NCBI GenBank assembly: GCA_051745065.1
Contig: JBNJDQ010000001.1
Location: 4,816 to 68,815 of the forward strand
DNA from: Fibrobacterota bacterium
Lineage (GTDB): Bacteria > Fibrobacterota > Chitinivibrionia > Chitinivibrionales > Chitinivibrionaceae
Length of the DNA: 64,000 nucleotides
Direction: 5' to 3'
This document shows, piece after piece, positions 8,667 through 18,636 of this stretch (position 1 is its first letter; each line of letters opens with the position of its first letter). Under the pieces are notes generated by a model. The model was not told where the DNA came from, did not search any database, and saw nothing but the letters and a program-made list of their open reading frames with translations. The position numbers and the translations under genes were made by a program.

Positions 8667-11651
8667 TTACTGGTTATTCTTCTCTTTTTCTGTTGATTTA
8701 TCCCCGTAAATATCCAGGTACACCGGCCCCAGAATACCCGATCGTTCCGCACTGAGACGGTTGATAACATCCAGGGTATTCCGTACTGACACGACAAGGT
8801 TATTGCGTTCGTTCGTGCGAACATAGTCGGTAATATCAATACGGTACGGAGACCATTTCAGGGGATCAAAGGTTACATCGTTCAATCGCACTCCGGCGCT
8901 GCCGGAAAGGCGGGTAAAATTCAGATAGATTTTTTCAAATAGCTTGGGAACCTCAAACGTTATGGCATATTCCCCGGTACCGATGAGGTACGGATAGCCA
9001 CTTTTCCCCCATTCATGGACATCGCTCTTTTTGTTTTTCCTGATCGTCCAGACCTTGCCGGATTTTTCCACGGGCATATCAACAGCCACAAAGGGCGGAT
9101 ACTTGACCGGATCAGGAAGATCGCTCTCCCCGCTTGATAAGATCAGTACCCGATTATTACCCTTGATAAGGGCCCGGGAAAGATCATACACAAGAAGAGT
9201 GGTGGAATCGTCGAAGAAGGCCCTGCTGCGCTGGGGGACGGCGGAACTTCGGGTAATTGGACTAAGCTCATTCCCGTTTACGGACACCTTAAAACGTTTG
9301 GAAAGCCCCTCTTTGGATTCGGGGATTGTATTGAGAAATACAAGATAAGCCTCAGTACATTGATCGTTCGAGACAAAATGCCCTTCACTGTAATAGGTCA
9401 GGCGTCCGTTATTTCGATTTATCCCGATTTTGCTGCTCCAGCGGGAAAGGGGAAAACTGTTAAGAGATGCCGCCTGAAACTGCCAGCGATCTTCTTTCAG
9501 TTTAATGCGGTATTTATTAACGTATTCCCCGCGTCCGGTCTCTGCGTCTTCATCAAATGAGATAAAACGCGATTCCCCGGGAAACAGGGTGTACACATCA
9601 CGGTTATGCGTATCCAGCTCTATGGGCTCTGTCACCTGTTGACTGATATCGTATGAAATATATCGATCTCCATCTTCATCGTCGTCGGTATTTTCGTAGG
9701 GGTAGAAAGCAATCACAACATCCTCCGTACCACTGTTGAAAAACCAATACCCCTCCACACCGTTTATGGCAACACTCTTTTTCCAGAGATCCGAGGGATT
9801 ACTCAGCCCCTTTGTTTTCATATCACCGCGATAATCATCCCCTGCAAGAAGACGGGCCAGCTTTTCAACGGATCCGCAGTCGACCTGCTTTGATTTTGCC
9901 TGTATCAATTTCCCCACACGCTTTATAAAGCTCGGGCTGTGACCGTCATCAAAACTGCCCTCCGGCGCATCATCCATAAAAAAGAGGGCGACCTTCTTTT
10001 TAGCCATCTGCTCAAGCTTAACAAAGAAAGAGTTATTAATCAATCGGGCATACGGAAGAATAACCCCGGTGAATCGGGAATATTCATCATTTTCTTTTAT
10101 CCGCACCCCCTCTGCAGTGATATCACACTCCAAAAGCATCTGCTCATCAACTATTTCAAAGTTGACGCCAAGCTCCTGCAGCACGTGCACAGCCTCGCTG
10201 ATATTTTTAAGGGTTGCCTGCACTGCACCGGAAGAACTGAAGCAGAAATCAGACATAATTGACGTTGAGGGGTAGACCACTGCCACATATTCGCCGTACC
10301 GTTCACACAGACGGGAAAAGGCAATATTACGGTTTATCAGGGAAACCAGTTCCGGCAGAACAGTAAAGTCGGGGTTTCCAAAGGAAAGCGCCTGAGGGGA
10401 AAGCTCTTCGTACCGGTAGTTTCTGTTGAATTTAACACCGTCAATAAACAGTTCCTGCGCTCCGTTACAGGCATGAAAAAGAGCGTCCTGCTTGATATCA
10501 CCGATTGAAAGACCGGTCATGGCATTACTGCGACCAACAATTGCAAAAACGGGAAAATCATCCTTGCGGGCCCGGGAGTACAGGCTCAGGGCAGCGATCT
10601 CATTGACGCGGCGCCCTCCGGACGCAGCAGTTCCGACGGAATCAAACTCTCCGCCGGGCTGAGAAAACAGACATGGCAGCGCCGTGGACGGAGAAACCCG
10701 GTCCGACTCCACACCAACAGCCCATGTTTTGAGCGTGTTCTGCTTTGCCCATTTATCCACAACCGCGGGAAAACGATCGTACAGGGTATCCTGAAGAAAG
10801 CTGTACACATGGGGGCGGTACTTCACTTCGTTATCAGCAACATCGTAAAAGAGAGACGGTATTGTTTCTATGAGATTACGTTTATACCGGGAGCGGTACT
10901 TGGATATCAGCAGATCATCATCCCAGGGGACCCCCTGCTCAGAGGGAAGGATCGCAGGTACTTCCAGAAACACACCTTTGAAAACATCCTGATACTCAGG
11001 AAGAGTTACGGCTTTCAGGGGGTCAAGCACATGATTGACGTAGGACTGGCCGGCCTTCATACTGAAGAAATTGGGAATACACCGTCCATCAAAGTTACGA
11101 TCATATCGCACGCGGAAGATAATAACCTTCCAGTGTCCATCCCCAACCTTCCACGAAACAGGATCTGAAAGTTCTTCTCCGTCGTAAAGCGTACGGGAGT
11201 CACCGATATATATCTTTCGTTTATTCCGTTTAACCGCAACAACATATTCCGTCACCCCCCGCTCGGGCTGATACCGGAAATGGTCTCCGCGTTCAAGGTT
11301 CACCTCTTCCTTAACCGTGAGACGGGCGGCACGGTAATTCTGGCGGCTGCTTATTTCCGACAGATAAAGCGATTCCCCCAGACGGGTAAAATCGTCACCG
11401 AGCAGAACCTGTATTCCGTGGTCCCGGCATTTTCTGAGAAGATATCCGAAAAGATCCCAGAATTCATCTGAGAGATACAGCGGATACATATCTGAAGCCG
11501 GACGAAGGACCACTCCGATGATCCCCGAATCAGCAAGCCTGGCAAGCTGAATACGGATCTCCTCTTCAGTTATTCTTCCGTTCCATGACCATATTACCCA
11601 CACGGCAGAACTGAACGTACTGCTTTCTACATAAGCGGAAACACTTTTCAA
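8667..11651 (-). CDS. Large GH106 (alpha-L-rhamnosidase)-like protein with degenerate motifs
   Basis: N-terminal WSWNGRITEEEIRIQL...YLSDEFW...LLGDD pattern and a C-terminal GH2-type sugar-binding beta domain (WSPYRIDITDY, NNLVVSVRNT); no signal peptide. Confidence 0.55.
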   Translation of the reverse strand: MKSVSAYVESSTFSSAVWVIWSWNGRITEEEIRIQLARLADSGIIGVVLRPASDMYPLYLSDEFWDLFGYLLRKCRDHGIQVLLGDDFTRLGESLYLSEISSRQNYRAARLTVKEEVNLERGDHFRYQPERGVTEYVVAVKRNKRKIYIGDSRTLYDGEELSDPVSWKVGDGHWKVIIFRVRYDRNFDGRCIPNFFSMKAGQSYVNHVLDPLKAVTLPEYQDVFKGVFLEVPAILPSEQGVPWDDDLLISKYRSRYKRNLIETIPSLFYDVADNEVKYRPHVYSFLQDTLYDRFPAVVDKWAKQNTLKTWAVGVESDRVSPSTALPCLFSQPGGEFDSVGTAASGGRRVNEIAALSLYSRARKDDFPVFAIVGRSNAMTGLSIGDIKQDALFHACNGAQELFIDGVKFNRNYRYEELSPQALSFGNPDFTVLPELVSLINRNIAFSRLCERYGEYVAVVYPSTSIMSDFCFSSSGAVQATLKNISEAVHVLQELGVNFEIVDEQMLLECDITAEGVRIKENDEYSRFTGVILPYARLINNSFFVKLEQMAKKKVALFFMDDAPEGSFDDGHSPSFIKRVGKLIQAKSKQVDCGSVEKLARLLAGDDYRGDMKTKGLSNPSDLWKKSVAINGVEGYWFFNSGTEDVVIAFYPYENTDDDEDGDRYISYDISQQVTEPIELDTHNRDVYTLFPGESRFISFDEDAETGRGEYVNKYRIKLKEDRWQFQAASLNSFPLSRWSSKIGINRNNGRLTYYSEGHFVSNDQCTEAYLVFLNTIPESKEGLSKRFKVSVNGNELSPITRSSAVPQRSRAFFDDSTTLLVYDLSRALIKGNNRVLILSSGESDLPDPVKYPPFVAVDMPVEKSGKVWTIRKNKKSDVHEWGKSGYPYLIGTGEYAITFEVPKLFEKIYLNFTRLSGSAGVRLNDVTFDPLKWSPYRIDITDYVRTNERNNLVVSVRNTLDVINRLSAERSGILGPVYLDIYGDKSTEKEKNNQ

Positions 11652-11694
11652 AAGAACCTACCCATCTGTGCATTTTACCCTGATTATAATTCGG

Positions 11695-12033
11695 CTATAC
11701 TGCCGCTGCTATCTGCTCCACGCTGCTGCTGCCTTCTATTACGACATCTTCTGCAGCAGGCTCACGCCCGTCCAGACTTTTAAAGCCTTCCGGCGTATTA
11801 TGAAACAGGATCGCAACATTTCGCAATTCCGTAACTGTTCCGAAATATGAGTACATCGCCTCACCGCGGAACCAGCTGCGGACATCTATAACGATTCTGT
11901 CAAAGGAATCTTTCAGGGCATCCATAAAAGTTCCGCTGTCACGGCAAAGGATAACCTCATGTCCGGCCTTTTCAAGGGCTTTTTTAAGATTATCCCTGAA
12001 ATGTCGTTCTTCTTCCAGTAGTAGCAATTTCAT
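11695..12033 (-). CDS. Small atypical receiver-like protein
   Basis: REC-like start (KLLLLEEE...LEKAGHEV...IVIDV), but the conserved T/S and K are not evident. Confidence 0.55.
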   Translation of the reverse strand: MKLLLLEEERHFRDNLKKALEKAGHEVILCRDSGTFMDALKDSFDRIVIDVRSWFRGEAMYSYFGTVTELRNVAILFHNTPEGFKSLDGREPAAEDVVIEGSSSVEQIAAAV

Positions 12034-12054
12034 TTAATATCCTCCGTAGTGTAC

Positions 12055-13062
12055 TTACTCATCGATTGGAAACTCCACCGTAAACTGTGCTCCGCGTCCC
12101 GGCTCTGATGAAAAGGCAATATTCCCTCTCAGGCTTTGCACATAGCGCTTTAATACAAACAGACCTGTTCCCCGCCGCTTGTATTTGGTTGTAAAGAATG
12201 GTGCGAATATATCTTTCTGAACAAGATAGGGAATGCCCTGACCGGAATCGCGTACAGTCAGTACAAGGGTTCCCTCCCGCACGGAACAGGAAAGATGAAT
12301 TCTGCCGCCTTTTTTGGCATCACCGAAAGATTCAAAGGCATTCGACAAAAGGATATCGACCATTTCGTTCCACACAGCCTCACTTACGGGCAGATAAACA
12401 TCTGCGGCAATATCCTCGATCAATTCCACCCCGGAAAGGGAAAAGACACGGGCCGTCCGACCAACTTTCCGGCGCAGTGCAGATGGTACAGAGCAGGTAC
12501 CCGATTCCATGAGAAAGGCCTCATTGCGGTACAAAGACATAACATTCCGGCTTTCCCGGTCATAATCACTGATCACCTTGAGTATTTCCCGCAGATTGTT
12601 CTGAATTTCTTCGTTGCTGCCGGCCTCTATCTGACTCAACTGAACCAAACCGCTGATACCACCGAGAACATTGCGCAGTTTATGATAGTTAATCCCCAGC
12701 ACGCGTATTGCTGCGCAGGCTGCTTCACGGACGGCGGTCTCGCGGGCATCAACTTTCTCTGCAAAGAGCTGGGCCGCCGCATCGGCAAAGACCTGCATTT
12801 CATCACCGGCGCCATGCAGCACAAGCCTGCTGTCAAAATCGGAAACGATACCCTTGCCTGCATCGGGATCATCGTCCCGGGCCGGCCGAATACCCGCAGC
12901 ATCAATATTCAAAACAGTCTCACCCCAGACAACCCGAAACGAGACAGAACGGGACCACTGATTTTTCAGGGATTGTGCCACTGTATGAAGAAAAGAAAGT
13001 CCGTCACCGGCGGTACGGGCGCCTGTAATCAGGAGCAGCAGTACAGAAGCATCAGTCTTCAT
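12055..13062 (-). CDS. Sensor histidine kinase
   Basis: H-box variant YHKLRNVL, N-box ILLSNAFES, G1 VRDSGQGI, F-box FAPFFTTK, G2 GTGLF. Confidence 0.85.
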   Translation of the reverse strand: MKTDASVLLLLITGARTAGDGLSFLHTVAQSLKNQWSRSVSFRVVWGETVLNIDAAGIRPARDDDPDAGKGIVSDFDSRLVLHGAGDEMQVFADAAAQLFAEKVDARETAVREAACAAIRVLGINYHKLRNVLGGISGLVQLSQIEAGSNEEIQNNLREILKVISDYDRESRNVMSLYRNEAFLMESGTCSVPSALRRKVGRTARVFSLSGVELIEDIAADVYLPVSEAVWNEMVDILLSNAFESFGDAKKGGRIHLSCSVREGTLVLTVRDSGQGIPYLVQKDIFAPFFTTKYKRRGTGLFVLKRYVQSLRGNIAFSSEPGRGAQFTVEFPIDE

Positions 13063-13071
13063 GCAACTCCT

Positions 13072-13749
13072 TTACCCGTCACTGCGCGAATAGGAAAGCT
13101 CGGCAAGGAGTCCCCTGGCTTTTCCTTCCGTAACAGGATCCACGCGATCCATGGCGAGAAGGGTATTACAAAAGCGTTCTGCCGCTTCAGCATTCCCCCG
13201 GGAGAGTTCCAGATACGCCATTTTCAGATATACTGCCGCGGATCGAAAAGACTCCCGGGCTCCGGTTAAATCCTGATAGACATCCATAGCTCTGTCAAGT
13301 GAATCCATCGCTTCGTATACGGCGCCGGTATTTTCGTGCGCCATATCACTGATTTCCTTAAAACGATTTCCTTCCGCTGCGGTTTCAAACCAATGCATCG
13401 CACTGTCATAGCGACTGTCTTCCATATAAATCTGGCCAAGTTTCAGGGCACTGAGATACGCATAGGACCCCTCGGATGCATTATGGACAGCCGTAAGATT
13501 CTGTACAATCATCGCTGAATCAGACTCGAGGGCCTGCAGGTACTGCTGCTTATGGGCAAGACGCTTTTGCTCTGCCGTGTACCGGTACGACAGTACAGAT
13601 ACCGCTGCAACGGCAACAATCGCTGCCGCGATGATTATCATATTTCGGTTGTTATTCCAGAATGACGTAAGTTTTTCCAGATCTTTCGAAGCACCTCGTG
13701 CTGAATCTGCACCTTTAACCACAAAACCTCCAAGTTTACGCGCTTTCAA
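13072..13749 (-). CDS. YfgM-like single-TM TPR protein
   Basis: Short N-terminus, one TM helix (IIIAAAIVAVAAVSVL), then TPR helices. Confidence 0.65.
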   Translation of the reverse strand: MKARKLGGFVVKGADSARGASKDLEKLTSFWNNNRNMIIIAAAIVAVAAVSVLSYRYTAEQKRLAHKQQYLQALESDSAMIVQNLTAVHNASEGSYAYLSALKLGQIYMEDSRYDSAMHWFETAAEGNRFKEISDMAHENTGAVYEAMDSLDRAMDVYQDLTGARESFRSAAVYLKMAYLELSRGNAEAAERFCNTLLAMDRVDPVTEGKARGLLAELSYSRSDG

Positions 13750-13884
13750 GCCGTTTTAAAATATATAGTTTTACTCAATACTGTAAATGAGTAAATATGA
13801 TATTTGAAAATTATTTTATGCCGCATGATTAAAGGGCATTAAACTACTTTTACCTGTAAGAAACAATATGAGAAAGGCCTCGAT

Positions 13885-14538
13885 ATGAAAACAGATGCAG
13901 TACTTTTCGATCTGGACGGAACATTGCTGGATACCCTTGATGATCTTTGCTGTTCTTTAAACGGAACCCTGCGTGATGCAGGCTACCCCCAGCGCAGCCG
14001 CGAAGAAATCCGGCAGTTTATCGGCAACGGAGTCCGCCACCTGGTTCAGAAGGCTCTTCCCGATGACATTTCCGACGATCCGCAGACCCTGGAATCATTT
14101 CTTGCCGCATATCTTGAAAATTACGGTCATGTGGAAAACCCGAAAACTGCCCCCTACCCGGGAATACCCGCTCTTTTGGCAGAACTGTCCCGACGGCAGG
14201 TGCCCATGGCCGTTGTAACCAACAAACCTCACCACAAGGCCCGTGCCGTTGTTGAATCTTTCTTTCCGGGAATATTCGCCTGTATCGCCGGGCAGCATGA
14301 CGGTATGCCCCGCAAACCCGCACCGGACCAGGCCCATGCCGCCTCCAAAGAACTCGGCATACCTCCGGCGGACACTCTTTTTGTTGGTGACTCCGAAGTT
14401 GATCTGCTTACAGGCAGTAACGGCGGCTACACCACCGGGGCAGTCCTCTGGGGCTTTCGCACAGCCTCCGAACTGGCTCCGTACCATAAGGATTACAGCT
14501 TTTCCACTCCCGCTGAAATCCTGGAGTTTCTGTCATAA
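13885..14538 (+). CDS. gph: HAD-family phosphoglycolate phosphatase-like hydrolase
   Basis: LFDLDGTLLDT, VVTNK, RKPAP and FVGDSEVD HAD motifs I-IV. Confidence 0.8.
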   Translation: MKTDAVLFDLDGTLLDTLDDLCCSLNGTLRDAGYPQRSREEIRQFIGNGVRHLVQKALPDDISDDPQTLESFLAAYLENYGHVENPKTAPYPGIPALLAELSRRQVPMAVVTNKPHHKARAVVESFFPGIFACIAGQHDGMPRKPAPDQAHAASKELGIPPADTLFVGDSEVDLLTGSNGGYTTGAVLWGFRTASELAPYHKDYSFSTPAEILEFLS

Positions 14539-14571
14539 GCGATGACTGTTAATAACCTGTTGACAATTGTT

Positions 14572-14596
14572 GAAAAGTGCGGGGATTTCCCGCACT
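14572..14596 (-). terminator. Intrinsic terminator after leuA (between convergent gph and leuA)
   Basis: AGTGCGGG-GATTT-CCCGCACT stem; followed by TTTT on the minus strand. Confidence 0.6.
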
Positions 14597-14600
14597 CAAT

Positions 14601-16145
14601 CTATATGGAATCAAGACGTTCCTGCTGTTTCCTGCCCACCCGCTCAATGCGGGCAACCTTGTTGACAACTTCAAGATACGCCAAAACGGAAGCCTCCACA
14701 ATATCTGTGGAATTTCCGCTGCCCACAAAGGCACGTCCCCGGTACGCAGCATCAATACGTACCTTACCGATTGCTTCGCTGCCCTTGGTAACCGCCTCAA
14801 GATGAAAATGATCAATGGAAATATCATAAGGGACGATACGATTAATCGCCGTTGTGGCCGCATTGACCGCACCGTCACCAACCGCGGCCTCCTTATAGCG
14901 CCGGCCGTCATTATCTATAAGGACAATCGTTGCCGTGGGCACTGTTCCGCTGGAGATATTAAAATACTCAAGTTTCCAGATATCCTCAACATTATCCCCG
15001 CCCAGCTCCATCAATACAATAAGATCATCGTCGTAGACAGTGCCTTTTTTGTCAGCCAGCTCAATAAAGCGATCGTAAAAGGTGGCAATATCATAGTCTT
15101 CCTCGCGGTACCCGAGTTCTGCAAGACGGTTACGCACCATGTGCTTTCCTGAGCGGCTTGTCAGATTCATCTGATTTTTCTCAAGCCCCACAGACTGCGG
15201 CGTCATTATCTCGTAGGTATTCTGCGCTTTCAGTACTCCATCCTGATGGATACCGGAACTGTGAGCGAAGGCACTTGATCCAACGATTGCCTTATTCGGC
15301 TGTACGGGCATATTGCAGAGATCCCGTACCAGTTTACTGGCGGCGGTAATCTCCTGCGTAACGACACCGCACTCAAAGGGAAGATAATCATTACGCACAT
15401 TAATAGCCATAACAACCTCTTCCAGGGCACAATTACCCGCCCGCTCACCAATACCGTTTACGGTGCACTCAATCTGGCGCGCTCCGTGTTTGACCGCGGT
15501 TATGGAATTCGCCGTGGCCATGCCCAGATCATTATGACAGTGAACTGAAAGAACAGCCTGGTCAATATTGGGAACCCTGTTGCGCAGATCATCAATAATA
15601 CTGCCGTAGAGCTCCGGTATCGTATATCCCACGGTATCGGGAATATTGATTGTCCGTGCCCCCGCACGGATCGCTTCCTCCACAATGCGGCATAAAAAGT
15701 CCGGTTCTGTCCGGCAGGCATCCTCTGCTGAGAACTCCACTTCATCACAGAGATTGCGCGCAAAGGCAACATGCTCCCGGGCAAGAGCGACCACCTCATC
15801 TTCGGTCTTACGAAGTTTTTGAAAAATATGAACCGGCGATGTCCCGACAAAGGTATGGATACGGCTGCGCTCAGCCCCGGCAAGGGCCTGGCCTGCGCGC
15901 TCAATATCCTTTTTTACGGCCCGCGCCAGGGCACAAACAGTACTCCCCTTCACGGTTTCCGCAATGGCCTTCACCGAGCGGAAATCCCCCGGTGAGGAAA
16001 CGGGAAACCCCGCTTCAATCACATCAACGCCGAGACGCTCCAACTGCTTTGCAATACGAAGCTTATGATCAAGGGAAAGGGACGCGGTCAAAGCCTGCTC
16101 TCCATCACGAAGGGTTGTATCAAATATTACTACTTGTTCTGACAT
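14601..16145 (-). CDS. leuA: 2-isopropylmalate synthase
   Basis: FDTTLRDGEQ, HCHNDLG, GERAGN and HSSGIHQDG motifs plus the regulatory domain; start moved to ATG 16145 (GGAGG RBS). Confidence 0.95.
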   Translation of the reverse strand: MSEQVVIFDTTLRDGEQALTASLSLDHKLRIAKQLERLGVDVIEAGFPVSSPGDFRSVKAIAETVKGSTVCALARAVKKDIERAGQALAGAERSRIHTFVGTSPVHIFQKLRKTEDEVVALAREHVAFARNLCDEVEFSAEDACRTEPDFLCRIVEEAIRAGARTINIPDTVGYTIPELYGSIIDDLRNRVPNIDQAVLSVHCHNDLGMATANSITAVKHGARQIECTVNGIGERAGNCALEEVVMAINVRNDYLPFECGVVTQEITAASKLVRDLCNMPVQPNKAIVGSSAFAHSSGIHQDGVLKAQNTYEIMTPQSVGLEKNQMNLTSRSGKHMVRNRLAELGYREEDYDIATFYDRFIELADKKGTVYDDDLIVLMELGGDNVEDIWKLEYFNISSGTVPTATIVLIDNDGRRYKEAAVGDGAVNAATTAINRIVPYDISIDHFHLEAVTKGSEAIGKVRIDAAYRGRAFVGSGNSTDIVEASVLAYLEVVNKVARIERVGRKQQERLDSI

Positions 16146-16158
16146 ACTGCCTCCCGGC

Positions 16159-16656
16159 TTACTGTTCCTGTACTTTCGGTTTTGCCAGCGCCACAGGGCC
16201 GCTGCGGGCAATTTCTTTGATTCCGTACGGGGTCACCATGGCGATAAAGTCGTCAAGAACCGCCGACCGCTCGCTCAGTTCCACAACAACCTCCCGTGCA
16301 GACAGAGCAAGAACCTTACCGCCGTAAATATCCAGAAGCCCCACAAGCTCATGACGATTGCGGTTGGTAACATTGATGTTGGCAATCAGCAACTCCCGGT
16401 CAACGCAGTCATTCTCGGAAAAATCGAAGACCTTAATCACATCGATTAAGCGGTTCAGCTGTTTATTGATCTGTTCGATAATCGTATCATCACCGAGTGT
16501 TACTATTGTCATACGGGATATTCCCGGATCTTCCGTGGGGGACACGGAAAGGCTGGTAATATTATATCCCCGCGCTGAGAACAGCCCGGAAATACGGCTG
16601 AGAGCACCACTGTGGTTCTCAACAAGAATTGATATAGTATGGCGTTTATTCATCAT
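16159..16656 (-). CDS. ilvN: Acetolactate synthase small (regulatory) subunit
   Basis: VENHSGALSRISGLFSARGYNI, KQLNRLIDVIKV and EIARSG motifs. Confidence 0.95.
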   Translation of the reverse strand: MMNKRHTISILVENHSGALSRISGLFSARGYNITSLSVSPTEDPGISRMTIVTLGDDTIIEQINKQLNRLIDVIKVFDFSENDCVDRELLIANINVTNRNRHELVGLLDIYGGKVLALSAREVVVELSERSAVLDDFIAMVTPYGIKEIARSGPVALAKPKVQEQ

Positions 16657-18406
16657 TCAACTCCTCATCTTCAATAATCTCATCCAGGGCGGCACCGGGG
16701 GCAACCATGGGAAACACGTTCGCCTCGGGAGAAACCATAAACTCAAGCAGAACGGGACCTTCCGTCTGTTCTGCCCAGCGCAGTGAGCTCTCAACATCGG
16801 CGGGATCTGTCACGCGCCGGGCGGGAATACAGTAGCTCTCGGCAAGCTTAATAAAATCCGGCGTATATTTCTCATTTACGTCACAGCTTCGCTCAAGGCC
16901 AACACCGGTCACGGCTTCTTTCGCCTTCAGATCAACTGAACTGTAGCGTTTTTCAAAGAATATATCCTGCCACTGACGAACCATCCCGAGATAGGTGTTA
17001 TTCAGGATAATTGCCTTCACGGGAAGCTTATTAATCTTGATTGTGGCCAGCTCCTGCAGATTCATCTGGAAACCGCCGTCTCCGGAAATACTCCAGACAG
17101 GTTCTTTGGCAGCGGCAAAGCAGGCGCCCATGGCGGATGGAAGTCCATACCCCATCGTACCAAGCCCTCCCGAGGTCAGCCATTTTCGCGGCTCGTTAAA
17201 AAGATAATACTGCGCCGCCCACATCTGATGCTGCCCGACATCGGTACTGACGATTGCATCACCGCCGGTCAGGGCATACAATGACTCAATCACATACTGA
17301 GGCATAATGATATCAGTTTTGTTCTTATATCTGAATCGCCCCTTTGCCATAAACGCAGAAAGATATTCTTTCCATGCGGGATTATTCTTTGCAGCAACAC
17401 AGCGGTTTATCTCTGTCAGTATTCTCCGTGCATCACCGACAACGGGGATGTCAACATTAATAATCTTGGAGATTGACGCCGGATCGATATCAATATGAAT
17501 AATATCAGCATGGGGAGCAAACTTTGTCACATCCCCCGTAACCCGATCATCAAAACGCGCCCCGATGGAAATAATAAGATCGCTCTGCTGCAGGGCCGTG
17601 TTGGCCGCCTTGCTTCCATGCATACCGGGCATTCCGAGAAAGAGCTCATGGCCACCGGGAAATCCGCCAAGCCCCATGAGAGTAGCGGTCACAGGGGTAT
17701 CAATCTTTTCAGCAAATTCAAGCAGTTCACGCTGGGCTCCGGATATGACAATGCCTCCGCCTGCATAAATCAAAGGTTTTTCCGCCTTTGCCACAGCCGA
17801 ACAGGCCCGTTTTATCTGCCCCGGATGCCCTTCCATATTCGGGCGGTAACTGCGAATATCGATATGCTCCGGATAGGAATAATTCTCCAGGGTTGCCGTA
17901 GTTACATCCTTTGGCAGATCAATAAGAACCGGCCCCGGTCTGCCGGAATTGGCAATATAAAAGGCTTTTTTAATCACCCCGGGAAGCTCCTCAATGGTTT
18001 TAACCAGAAAGTTATGTTTTGTTATGGGACGGGTCACACCAACCATGTCAGCTTCCTGAAATGCATCAGTTCCCAACAGCGGTGTTGCCACCTGTCCACT
18101 GATAGCAACCATGGGAATGGAATCCAGAAAAGCCGTTGCAATCCCCGTTACCAGGTTTGTCGCTCCTGGGCCGGACGTGCCAAGACATACACCGGTTTTT
18201 CCGCTGACCCGGGCATAGCCGTCCGCCGCATGAGCTGCCCCCTGCTCGTGCCGAGTCAGTACCACTTCAATAGACTGACATCCGTACAATGCGTCATACA
18301 GGGGAATCAAAACCCCGCCGGGATATCCGAACAGGGTATCAACCCCTTCTTTCTCAAGAGCATCGATGAGAATCTCCGCCCCTGTACAGTTTTTTTTCTC
18401 TGCCAT
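16646..18406 (-). CDS. ilvB: Acetolactate synthase large subunit
   Basis: GYPGG, RHEQGAAHAADGYAR, GQHQMWAAQ and GDGGFQMNLQEL (TPP) motifs. Confidence 0.95.
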   Translation of the reverse strand: MAEKKNCTGAEILIDALEKEGVDTLFGYPGGVLIPLYDALYGCQSIEVVLTRHEQGAAHAADGYARVSGKTGVCLGTSGPGATNLVTGIATAFLDSIPMVAISGQVATPLLGTDAFQEADMVGVTRPITKHNFLVKTIEELPGVIKKAFYIANSGRPGPVLIDLPKDVTTATLENYSYPEHIDIRSYRPNMEGHPGQIKRACSAVAKAEKPLIYAGGGIVISGAQRELLEFAEKIDTPVTATLMGLGGFPGGHELFLGMPGMHGSKAANTALQQSDLIISIGARFDDRVTGDVTKFAPHADIIHIDIDPASISKIINVDIPVVGDARRILTEINRCVAAKNNPAWKEYLSAFMAKGRFRYKNKTDIIMPQYVIESLYALTGGDAIVSTDVGQHQMWAAQYYLFNEPRKWLTSGGLGTMGYGLPSAMGACFAAAKEPVWSISGDGGFQMNLQELATIKINKLPVKAIILNNTYLGMVRQWQDIFFEKRYSSVDLKAKEAVTGVGLERSCDVNEKYTPDFIKLAESYCIPARRVTDPADVESSLRWAEQTEGPVLLEFMVSPEANVFPMVAPGAALDEIIEDEELNDE

Positions 18407-18439
18407 GTATTTCCTCCACATTCCATTTTGTTCAACAAT

Positions 18440-18469
18440 AAAAAAGCCCGTCTCTTAGGGAGACGGGCT
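18440..18469 (-). terminator. Attenuator terminator hairpin upstream of ilvB
   Basis: Minus strand AGCCCGTCTC-CCTAA-GAGACGGGCT followed by a T run, about 35 nt upstream of the ilvB start. Confidence 0.85.
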
Positions 18470-18499
18470 GATATTTTCAGGCAATATGAACCCGCCTGT

Positions 18500-18562
18500 T
18501 CACTTTCCTCCAGTGAGCAGCACAAGAACAGTTACGACGACAGTTATATTCATATTGCACAT
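18500..18562 (-). CDS. ilvL: ilv operon leader peptide MCNMNITVVVTVLVLLTGGK (20 aa)
   Basis: AGAGGA RBS, ATG 18562 (or 18553), TGA at 18502-18500; run of Ile/Thr/Val/Leu codons directly upstream of antiterminator and terminator. Confidence 0.85.
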   Translation of the reverse strand: MCNMNITVVVTVLVLLTGGK

Positions 18563-18636
18563 TTTACACATCCTCTTTACTTTTAATATAATAAAAGCTC
18601 AAAGATAAAAGAAGAGATTTCTCATTTTCCCCGGTT

